Shown here: in pieces, positions 7,673-15,981 of the stretch
How the letters are laid out: every line of letters starts with the position of its first letter
Position numbering within the stretch: position 1 is the stretch's first letter
From: Planctopirus limnophila DSM 3776
GTDB taxonomy: Bacteria; Planctomycetota; Planctomycetia; Planctomycetales; Planctomycetaceae
Assembly: GCF_000092105.1 (NCBI RefSeq)
Contig: NC_014148.1
Location: 90,001-122,000 of the forward strand
Reading direction: 5' to 3'
Length of the DNA: 32,000 nt
The notes under the pieces: model-generated
Told to the model about the DNA's origin: nothing
Seen by the model: the letters and a program-made list of their open reading frames with translations, nothing else
The model's database searches: none
Position numbers and translations under genes: made by a program

Positions 7673-10600
7673 TCATTCAAACACAAACTCAATATCGGCG
7701 ACTTCATAGGCACTGAGTGCCACGCGGGATTCATTTCCCGTTGTTTTCAACCACGCGGCATGGGCTCCACCAAGTGTCAACTTGTGAGCCCCGGCCAGTG
7801 GTGCATACCAGACCATCGAAAAGGTCTTGGCCTGCCCCTCGGTCTCCATCAGCCGCACCCGGCACGACTTCTTCGATACGGTTGCCTTCGCTGCTCTATC
7901 GACGCTTTCAGTGTCTGAAGGATCGGCTGGAGCTTCGATGGGCCAGTCGGTCATCCCCGCTTCCCACGACAGAATGCTCACTTGTTTGGCTGGGCATTGG
8001 ACGAAGAAAGACGTCTCGCCTGTTGCGGGCCTGGTGACGTTTTCCAGCCGCACGAGAGGAACCATCGCCTCGTGCGCGAGCCGTGCGGGATGCGGATCAT
8101 CAATGGCAATGGTCCAGCGGAAGCGGCGGGAAGTTTCGCCCGAAACGACCATGAGGCCATCGAGCATGCGGGGGCCCGTTTTGCGAAAGTAAGGTCGGCC
8201 ATGCGGCAAAATCGTCGCCCGCAGGGAACCATCACAGATTTCGACAAACTCGGGAGCTTCAAACCGTTCGCTCCCCGCCACATGGACGCTTCCCAGCACC
8301 GAGCGGGATATGGCCGCCATCTCGCTGCCGAACGCAAAGCGGGCGCCGATGTAGTTGTTCCAGGGGTCGCCATCGAAGGCCGCCAGTTCGAGAAACTGCA
8401 GATCGATCTCCACCTTCAGTGAACCGGCACGAATCGTGACATCGAGTTTGTAGTAGCAGATGCGTTCCCCTTTGGCCTGATCAATGAGGTCTCCCAGTGA
8501 TCGAACCGTGAGGGAATGACTCGTCAGGGCGATAATCGATAACTCACCAGCGCGCATCTCCGAGTAAGCCGTCTTGATCACTTCGTCGTCAGGATCTGGC
8601 CCGAGGCGAATGGCCCGTTCACGCGGAAAGCGGCGGGCCAGCTGCAGGCTCAGTCGGTTCTCGCGCTGCTCATGCCGACGAATCCGGGCGATCCCTCCTG
8701 TTTGTGGGTGAAAAACGACCTCGAAGAGATCGTTTGAGAGGACACCTTCGGTAAATTTGACGACAGGCTTGCTCTTGCGTGCGGGACTTTTGCCATTTGG
8801 AGTGTTTTGGGCGAGCCAGAGATAGCCGCACGGTGGAATGGTGGGGAAGGTCCCATCTTCCATCTCTTCGGGAACTGGGCGTGCCCAGGGAAGCGGATTG
8901 ATCAATAAAGTTCCCGCAGGACTTGCGGCAGCCTCGTGATTTTGAATTTTTGACCCGAGCAGATTCGCGAACTGCTGGGCGGTCTGCTGCAGTGCGGTTT
9001 CTGCCGACCACTCCTCGTCGGCATTTGCGGCATGATCCGTGGTCGCACGATTGTCACTGGCACCAATCACGCGGAAGTGGGCGAGAAGTTCATCTTCCCA
9101 GCGTTGACCCCCACTTTTGATCCCCTGCACAGGCTGTTGGCGGTTTTCACTTGGAGAAAGCAGTGCACGCTGCACTTCGCAGAACTGCCAGGCTGCCTGT
9201 TGACCTTGCAGCTTCCAGGCACTCGCGACTCTCGAAATGGCGTTTTTCTCGCGAGCGGCGACTGCATAAACCAAGCTCGACGAAAGATATTCGCCCGCGT
9301 GGTATTGCCGCACATGGTCGGGGTATTCCACGCGCTCGAGAAATTCTTTGCAGGTGACAAACTTGCCCAGGACGGGGGCAAAAGTGGCAGCGCGCTGAAG
9401 ATCATGAAACCAGGGAGTCGCGACTTCGGGCCAGCGAGCAAAACCGAGAGCCGGGTTTCCATCGCTATCAAGAGCCTCTCCCAGTCGGGTTGCCAGCCTC
9501 AAAAAAGTCCCTGCGGATTGTGCCGGGAGTGGAATTCGTGAGAAAGCCGTTACCGCCTCGCCACTGGTACCTTCCCAACGGAAGCTGCTGAACTCTTCAT
9601 CCGGGTAGGTTCCTTCATCGAGCAGCAGATGTAACGCTCCCGCATAACCCGTCTGTGAGAGGAGACCGGGAAGTTGCGACACCAGCCCAAAGAGCCGCCG
9701 GGCAAACACCCGGGGAACTATTCCCAGTTGAGTTTTTGCGAGTAGATGGCCTTGTTGAAAGTTTCTGATCCACATCTGTGGCGAAATTAGCGGCGTACAA
9801 AGTTCGATAGCCTCTCCACCGAGAACATCGACAGCACCCTGGGCCAATAACTCCTTCAGAGTGGTGGTGGGAGCAGTGTTTGAGGGTGCTGTGAGTTCCT
9901 GAGGTGCCGCAAGTGGCAATTGTTCGTCAGCCAGCTTCAGCAGTGGAGAGGTTTCGAGTGAACCCGCCAGAAAGTTGACGGCTGGCTGGTTTCCTAAAGG
10001 TTCGTTGACCGGCCATGTGAAGCCGTTCAGAGCCGCTTTCAGCCGGGGCATATCGAGCTCGGAAGGTGCCAGGCACAAGTCGAAGAGCGAGATTTCGCCG
10101 GGGTAGAATCGCTCGCGTGTTTCGAGCAGGTTTTCGTAGGCAGTGGCCAGTTGCTGTCGGCATGGCAAGAACTCACCAGCAGCCAGCGAGCGGGCTGCTC
10201 CCACAGTTCGCTGTTGCAGAATGATTTCATCCAGACTGCTAAAGTGCCGCATCTGTCGGGAGAGGAGTTCCAACTGCAGAACTGTGGTTCCGAAGGCCAG
10301 AAAATCGTCGATCGAGGTTTTGGCTTCCGGCTGAAAGAACAGGCTCGGCTGGGCTGAATCGTCGGCATCGGATTCGAGCCACGCCTGGAGCTGCTGCAGA
10401 TTGTCTTCTCGCCGGGCGACTGTTTTCAGTAAGCCAGCCCCCGCTTGCTCCAATCGCTCATGCCAGTCGTAAGGAAACCAGTCTTCGGAGGGTTGAGGAA
10501 GAATCAGCAGCTGCCCGGGTGCGGGTTCGGGAGGAGCATCAGCACGGTACCACTGAGGAATTCGACCAGCTGTCGCCAATAGAGCCGGATGCCAGGCGAT

Positions 10601-10711
10601 GGCAAAAGCTTCCAGCAGGCTTCCTGCGGCCTCTTCTCCCAGATCCTGTGGAAAGTCTTCGAGGCTATGCGATGGAATCAGCACATAAACTTCAGAGCAG
10701 GTTTTCGTCAT
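7673..10711 (-). CDS. Large conserved hypothetical protein, possibly GH38 (alpha-mannosidase)-like in architecture
   Basis: Uninterrupted 1012-aa ORF. The N-terminus VYVLIPSHSLEDF resembles, but does not match, the GH38 hlvpHsHwDreW motif. The beta-rich C-terminal region (ARFAFGSEMAAISRSVLGSVHVAGSERFEAPEFVEICDG...RFRWTIAID) resembles the GH38 C-terminal domain pattern. The function call is weak. Confidence 0.7.
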   Translation of the reverse strand: MTKTCSEVYVLIPSHSLEDFPQDLGEEAAGSLLEAFAIAWHPALLATAGRIPQWYRADAPPEPAPGQLLILPQPSEDWFPYDWHERLEQAGAGLLKTVARREDNLQQLQAWLESDADDSAQPSLFFQPEAKTSIDDFLAFGTTVLQLELLSRQMRHFSSLDEIILQQRTVGAARSLAAGEFLPCRQQLATAYENLLETRERFYPGEISLFDLCLAPSELDMPRLKAALNGFTWPVNEPLGNQPAVNFLAGSLETSPLLKLADEQLPLAAPQELTAPSNTAPTTTLKELLAQGAVDVLGGEAIELCTPLISPQMWIRNFQQGHLLAKTQLGIVPRVFARRLFGLVSQLPGLLSQTGYAGALHLLLDEGTYPDEEFSSFRWEGTSGEAVTAFSRIPLPAQSAGTFLRLATRLGEALDSDGNPALGFARWPEVATPWFHDLQRAATFAPVLGKFVTCKEFLERVEYPDHVRQYHAGEYLSSSLVYAVAAREKNAISRVASAWKLQGQQAAWQFCEVQRALLSPSENRQQPVQGIKSGGQRWEDELLAHFRVIGASDNRATTDHAANADEEWSAETALQQTAQQFANLLGSKIQNHEAAASPAGTLLINPLPWARPVPEEMEDGTFPTIPPCGYLWLAQNTPNGKSPARKSKPVVKFTEGVLSNDLFEVVFHPQTGGIARIRRHEQRENRLSLQLARRFPRERAIRLGPDPDDEVIKTAYSEMRAGELSIIALTSHSLTVRSLGDLIDQAKGERICYYKLDVTIRAGSLKVEIDLQFLELAAFDGDPWNNYIGARFAFGSEMAAISRSVLGSVHVAGSERFEAPEFVEICDGSLRATILPHGRPYFRKTGPRMLDGLMVVSGETSRRFRWTIAIDDPHPARLAHEAMVPLVRLENVTRPATGETSFFVQCPAKQVSILSWEAGMTDWPIEAPADPSDTESVDRAAKATVSKKSCRVRLMETEGQAKTFSMVWYAPLAGAHKLTLGGAHAAWLKTTGNESRVALSAYEVADIEFVFE

Positions 10712-11693
10712 ACCAGGAGGTTTCTACAGGCTGTTTGACTGACCGAAGCGGATTGATCTTATAGATCAGGAACGTCTTCGGGCTTGATCGAGTCGAATCA
10801 CATCAGCCACATTGCTGGCGTTAGCGGGCGAGATCAAGCCACAAGGCGACAATTCACCAGACGTGTGAATCTACTGGCGGCAAAATCAAAACCTGCTGCT
10901 TGCATAACCGCTGAATTCGCTTGAACCTGCGTGTTCGCTCAAATCTTTGTCCCAGAAGAGTGGCCGTCCGGCGGAATTTCACTCGATACGATGTTCGCAT
11001 CTCCCGGTCGATATTCGAAAACTTTTGGAACCTGGAATGCGGAGAACGAGTCCAAATAACAGGGAATCCTGATGCGTTACGGGCAGGTTCATGCAGGATG
11101 CCACACACATCCTTTGAACGATAAAACGGAACATCAGTTCACTCGGGTTTGTGAAAAATGGCTGTTTCTATCACCTAACTCTCGGGACTGTCGCTACTTA
11201 TTGACTTTTCTCGGGTCGTGGCTGTAGTCTGAATACTTGATTGTTTATTCGTAATTTCCTTGCGTGTTTTTCAATTCTGACCCAGCGAATTCTCGCGAAC
11301 GCCTCTCTTTTGAGCATATTCTTGCAGAACGTGACAATTGCCCACAACTTTCCCGACGCATTTGAATTCGGTTTTTCGACTGGTATGCCGGCTCTGGTTA
11401 AGTCCCAGCCGGCGCCCAAAAACTGCATTTGATTCACGATGTTCAAAGCGATCTCTGTGGATGGAAAGTCGTGGCAAAATGAAAGTCACAGGAATGAAAT
11501 GACGGTTTCCTGAGAGAGTGGTAGTCTATCTGTCTGGTCAGAAACCCAGCGAAAAGCTGAAATTCAACGTAATGTAGTGGTGCGATAGAAAGAGATGATT
11601 GAGTCTGGTCGGTTGGGTGAACCAGTTGCCCGGGATATTCGGTTTGAAAAGATCGTGATGCAGGAAGGGTGACTTCCCGCTTCGCGGCGAGAC

Positions 11694-11719
11694 ATACGCA
11701 ATCTGTGAAATACGCAATC
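11694..11719 (+). promoter_or_regulatory. Direct repeat ATACGCAATC x2 (16-nt period), candidate regulator binding site upstream of the pilM-like operon
   Basis: Exact 10-mers at 11694-11703 and 11710-11719, 53-78 nt upstream of the ATG at 11772. Confidence 0.25.
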
Positions 11720-11771
11720 AGTCCACACGCTGAAACAACGCCTTGATGAACGGACAAGAGGGGTTTTCGTT

Positions 11772-14021
11772 ATGGCCGAATTGAAATCTGCCTGGGGGAT
11801 CGAGATTGGACAGGCTGGTCTCAAGGCCATCAAGCTGCGCTATGCCGAGGCCTCGAATCAGGTCTTTGCTGTCGCGTTTGATTATGTGCCGCATCCCAAA
11901 CTGTTGAGCCAGCCCGATGCAGATCCGGATGAACTGATTTCCGAAGCTCTCAAAACCTTTTTGAGCCGCAATCAGATTCAGGGAGATCTGCTGGGAATTT
12001 CGCTCCCGGGATCAAAATCGCTGCTGAAATTCATTCAATTGCCACCTGTCGAAGAATCGAAGGTGGCCGAGATTGTGCGCTATGAAGCCCGCCAGCAGAT
12101 TCCTTTCCCACTGGAAGATGTGATCTGGGATTTCCAGCCCATGGGATCATCTTCCGTCGAAGGTGGATTCATGCTGGATGCCGAAGTCGGCCTCTTCGCC
12201 ATGAAGCGGGACGACATTGAACACCAGATGTATCCGTTCAATCAGCGGAAGCTGGAACTGGAACTGGTGCAGATCGCACCTTTGGCCGTCTACAACTTTC
12301 TCTGGTTCGACCGGCTGGGACAGCGGAAAGACCCTGAGCAATCGCTGAATACACTGGCCGATGACCAGTATGTCGTTGCGCTTGATATGGGCTGCGACCA
12401 GACGACATTGATCGTCACTAATGGCAAGAAGATCTGGACGCGTAACGTGCCGATTGGTGGCAATCATTTTACGCGGGCATTGACGCGGGAAATGAAGCTC
12501 ACGTTTGCCAAGGCGGAACATCTCAAATGCAATGCCACAAAATCGCCTGATCCCAAGGCTGTCTTTCAGGCCATGCGGCCTGTCTTCAACGACTATGTGA
12601 ATGAGATCCAGCGATCGATTGGCTTCTTCTCGAGTGTCAATCGCTCGGCTCAAATCACGAAACTGGTCGGTCTGGGAAATGGCTTCAAACTGGCTGGTCT
12701 GGCCAAGTTTCTCCAGCAGAACCTCAACTACGAAGTCGAGAAGATCGACACGTTCCCGAGTTCCGTGGGCGACAGTGTCCTGACAGCGCCACTGTTCCAT
12801 GACAACATTCTGACGTTCACTGGCCCCTATGGACTGGCCCTCCAGCTTCTCGGGCAGACGCAGATTCATACTTCTCTGTTGCCACCCGAAATTGTGGTGG
12901 CCAGGAAGATTCGCCGCAAAAAGCCGTGGGCAGTCGCTACCGCCGCCGTGCTGCTCTTCGGACTGGCCACATCGGTGGCGGGTTATGGCAGCGTCGCCCA
13001 ATCGGTGAGTAAGAGCCGCTTTGGTAATGCTGAAACTCAGGCCGATGAAGTTGCCAAATACGCCTCCAAACTCGACAGCGATTACAAGGCTCAGGAAGGG
13101 CGTAATGCGGCCGCCAAAGAGCGCGGGGAGAAACTGGTCAAAGCCCTCGATTCCCGTGCCAACTGGCTGGAACTCTACAAGGCGATTGATGAGAGCCTGC
13201 CCCGCGATGAAAGTGCCGAACAACTCGATGAGACTCGCATCGAACTGATGAATCGCATTTCACTGAAGTCGGTGACATCCAAGAAATACGATGACCTGGC
13301 AACCTGGTACAACGATAACGCTCAATTAGCGAAGGTCTCACCTCAATACTTTTCAGCCTTCGATAAAGCTGAGGCACGCAAGACCGGGCCCACCGGCCCA
13401 GGCTATGTCTTCACTCTGCACGGGGTGCATTTCCACCATGCTCCGGAAGATCCTGTCAAAGGCCAGGGAACAGGGTATGTCGTGAATACTCTGCTCAAAA
13501 ATCTGCAGAGCTTTAAGGTGACTCGCAAAGACTCGGTCACTGGTCAGGTGATTGAGACACCTGTTGGTCAACTTGGGATCAGTTACGCGACCGTCAAAGC
13601 GGATCCATTTGTGCTCATCGATTACTACCCGATGGGTCGTCCCGATATGGCCAGTGCGAGCAGTGCGGCTCGCGGCCTGAGGCCTGGCTTCCAGCCTGGT
13701 TTCAATCCCGGCGGCTCAGGTGCTGAGTCGAGCTATTCCCCGCCGACACCTGGTGGAATTTCCAGTCCGGGAATTCCCAGTCCTGGCATTCCCGGGACAG
13801 GAACAGGCCGTGTGATCGATACCCAGTTGCCACCTGAGCAGGTCAATACGCCTCGTAAGATTCATATGACGAACTTTGTCGTGCAGTTTGTCTGGAAGCC
13901 GACTCCGGAAAAAGATCGACCTAAAGAAGATCCAGCCCTTCCGCCAGTCGATCCCGCTGCAGCACCGCAGGATGGCCAGGCAGCACCAGTTGCCACACCA
14001 CAGACACCACCCGCAGTTTAA
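11772..14021 (+). CDS. pilM: PilM-like actin-fold ATPase fused to a TM helix and a PilN-like periplasmic region (GspL-like topology)
   Basis: - SD-like AGAGGGG lies upstream.
- N-terminus AWGIEIGQAGLKAIKL and the VALDMGCDQTTLIVTNGKKIWTRNVPIGGNHFTRAL...AEHLK pattern match PilM phosphate-binding motifs.
- A TM helix (WAVATAAVLLFGLATSVAGYG) is followed by a coiled coil and WLELYKAIDESLP, as in PilN.
- The C-terminal region is Gly/Ser/Pro-rich. Confidence 0.85.
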   Translation: MAELKSAWGIEIGQAGLKAIKLRYAEASNQVFAVAFDYVPHPKLLSQPDADPDELISEALKTFLSRNQIQGDLLGISLPGSKSLLKFIQLPPVEESKVAEIVRYEARQQIPFPLEDVIWDFQPMGSSSVEGGFMLDAEVGLFAMKRDDIEHQMYPFNQRKLELELVQIAPLAVYNFLWFDRLGQRKDPEQSLNTLADDQYVVALDMGCDQTTLIVTNGKKIWTRNVPIGGNHFTRALTREMKLTFAKAEHLKCNATKSPDPKAVFQAMRPVFNDYVNEIQRSIGFFSSVNRSAQITKLVGLGNGFKLAGLAKFLQQNLNYEVEKIDTFPSSVGDSVLTAPLFHDNILTFTGPYGLALQLLGQTQIHTSLLPPEIVVARKIRRKKPWAVATAAVLLFGLATSVAGYGSVAQSVSKSRFGNAETQADEVAKYASKLDSDYKAQEGRNAAAKERGEKLVKALDSRANWLELYKAIDESLPRDESAEQLDETRIELMNRISLKSVTSKKYDDLATWYNDNAQLAKVSPQYFSAFDKAEARKTGPTGPGYVFTLHGVHFHHAPEDPVKGQGTGYVVNTLLKNLQSFKVTRKDSVTGQVIETPVGQLGISYATVKADPFVLIDYYPMGRPDMASASSAARGLRPGFQPGFNPGGSGAESSYSPPTPGGISSPGIPSPGIPGTGTGRVIDTQLPPEQVNTPRKIHMTNFVVQFVWKPTPEKDRPKEDPALPPVDPAAAPQDGQAAPVATPQTPPAV

Positions 14022-14137
14022 CTTGAACACAAATTGAAACTGGCTATCGAATAGAACGAATTGCCTGAACGCGGATTGATCGAACAAAGAACATCGCCAA
14101 GTCACTTCTTGTGACCATGAATAGTGCGGAGATCGTT

Positions 14138-15877
14138 ATGGAAAAACTGGAACCCATCATTCGCAATCGCTTCTGGATCCTCAGTGGACTGGTCGTGATT
14201 TTGAGTCTCGCTGGCTGGTGGATGGCTTCGTCTTCACTGGCGACGACGATTGATACACGGACAAAAGAAATCAAAGCTGCTGAGGACAAGATCCCCAAGG
14301 GAAATGTACCCAGTGCGGATTACTCGAACAAACTCTCGACAATCAACACGTATCAGGAGCGGCAGGTCGAACTTGCGCGGACGATGCTCTGGGATCAACA
14401 GCGGGCCAAAATGGCATGGCCCAAAAATATTCAGCCCTATGCTGATGAAGCGGGTTATCGCGGCGAGTTCGCACCTCTCGCCCGGGATATCTATCGCACC
14501 AGTTCACCATCAGATATTGCCTCCGTCTGGCAAAAGGTTCGCCCTTTCAATGCTCAGACTGGTGAAGGCGTCGTCGTCTTTCCACTGCAGGCGATGCCGG
14601 TGAAATACTGGCGTGATCTCCCTCCAACCTCCAAGGAAATGTGGGATGCTCAGGAAGACCTCTGGCTCCTCGATTCTCTCCTGAGCACGATTACTCAACT
14701 CAATGGGGGTGAAACCACTAACAATCGGCTGGATGCTTCCATTCATCAGATTCTGAAACTCCAGTTGATGGGTGGTAAGCGTGGTGAGCCCATCGATGCC
14801 CCTGCCGCTGGTGGCGATCCATCAGGAGGTGGTGGAGAAGGTTATTCCCCACCTATGGCAAGTGGTGGCGATGCTTTTTCCAGTGGCGGTGGTGGGCGTG
14901 GTGGCAAGATTGCCCCACCAGCCAGTGCCGATTTCCCCATTAAGGAAGAGTTTGGCTCAGCCGGTGGCGAAGGGGGCCTGAATGGCAGCTCATCTTCGGC
15001 TGATTCATTTGCTGCCGATCCCTCCGCGCTGGGTGATGGGGCTCCGCAAATGGCAGCCGCTCGACGTTACATTGATGACGACGAAGGTGCACCATTTCGC
15101 ACGCGAGGATTTTATCTCTCCGTGCTGATGGATCACCGCCGCATTCCCGATTTCATCGCGGAGTTGACAAGTAACGAACGCTCGGTCTGGCCGGTGGAAG
15201 TCGTTCGTGTGCAGATGATTCGCAAGAATGAGGATGGCAACTTTGCCCGCGGCGGGGCCTCAGGCATGCCGAATTATGGCGCAGAAGCCGGGAGTTTTGG
15301 CGGCTCTTCGCCTACGTTTGGAACAGCATCGGAAGGGTTTACCGGCGGAGGAGCGAACAGTGTTCCTCCGGAATTCCTGACACAATCCCAGGGCATCAAT
15401 CCACAGGATGCCAACAATCCGATGCTGATGAACAAGATTCAGGCGGCGAATGCAGCTCTGCAAACGGCACTGACTGATCCGAATATCGCCGAAGTTGTGA
15501 TTGCCGGTTATTTCACGCTTTACAATCCGCCCCAGACAGCGCCAGAGGCAGCAGCAGCGACATCGGCAGATTCCACAGCAGCACCAGCGACACCAGCAGC
15601 ACCAGCAACTTCTGAAACACCAGCAGGTACCGAACCGACCACGCCGGAAATGACGAACCCAGCACCGGCGGAAAATCCCCCGGTGGATGGTGCCACACCG
15701 GCTGCACCCGCAGCACCTGTTAATCCCGCGCCGACAGATCCAGCAGCGACTCCGCCTGCGAACACTCCCCCGGCAGCACCAACAGCTCCAGCAACGACAC
15801 CAGCAGCACCAGCTGGTGAACCGGCTGCGCCAACTGGTGAAGCAGCGCCGGCTACTCCACCAGCCGGTGGAACTTAA
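14138..15877 (+). CDS. Bitopic membrane protein in the PilO/GspM position, with a large Gly-rich insert and a ~110-aa Pro/Ala/Thr tail
   Basis: GGAG at 14128-14131 sits 6 nt before the ATG at 14138 (alternatives: GTG 14111, ATG 14117). One TM (FWILSGLVVILSLAGWWMA), then a coiled coil. Ferredoxin-like segments FYLSVLMDHRRIPDFIAELTSNERSVWPVEVVRVQM and AEVVIAGYFTLYN are interrupted by low complexity. Confidence 0.6.
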   Translation: MEKLEPIIRNRFWILSGLVVILSLAGWWMASSSLATTIDTRTKEIKAAEDKIPKGNVPSADYSNKLSTINTYQERQVELARTMLWDQQRAKMAWPKNIQPYADEAGYRGEFAPLARDIYRTSSPSDIASVWQKVRPFNAQTGEGVVVFPLQAMPVKYWRDLPPTSKEMWDAQEDLWLLDSLLSTITQLNGGETTNNRLDASIHQILKLQLMGGKRGEPIDAPAAGGDPSGGGGEGYSPPMASGGDAFSSGGGGRGGKIAPPASADFPIKEEFGSAGGEGGLNGSSSSADSFAADPSALGDGAPQMAAARRYIDDDEGAPFRTRGFYLSVLMDHRRIPDFIAELTSNERSVWPVEVVRVQMIRKNEDGNFARGGASGMPNYGAEAGSFGGSSPTFGTASEGFTGGGANSVPPEFLTQSQGINPQDANNPMLMNKIQAANAALQTALTDPNIAEVVIAGYFTLYNPPQTAPEAAAATSADSTAAPATPAAPATSETPAGTEPTTPEMTNPAPAENPPVDGATPAAPAAPVNPAPTDPAATPPANTPPAAPTAPATTPAAPAGEPAAPTGEAAPATPPAGGT

Positions 15878-15981
15878 GCCTGTCCCTCAGTTCGTTTTTG
15901 AACTTTGATAGAACATCGCCAGCAACTATCGAGCAGACAACTTTTCAGCGAACATTGTTTTGAAGATCAAGGGGATATCCC

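Noticed and set aside
7477-7734. 85-aa ORF spanning the REP-like units (translates as ...GWLGLSLRTP...)
   Set aside because: It is built from the palindromic repeats and runs into the 3' end of the 1012-aa gene, so it is a repeat translation artefact.
10854-11757. Small ORFs (63-104 aa) in the 1.06-kb spacer, checked for a hidden pilin gene
   Set aside because: None has a prepilin G-F-T-L-I-E leader, a signal peptide or an SD. All overlap one another on both strands.
12147-13223. 358-aa ORF on the minus strand inside the pilM-like gene
   Set aside because: It is antisense to a gene with clear PilM/PilN motifs. Its translation has no recognisable motif and looks like a codon-bias shadow ORF.
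15513-15765. Two minus-strand ORFs (15520-15765, Ala/Gly-rich, 81 aa; 15513-15716, 67 aa) and the + strand ORF 15687-15908
   Set aside because: They are artefacts of the GC-rich, repetitive Pro/Ala/Thr-coding tail of the 14138-15877 gene.
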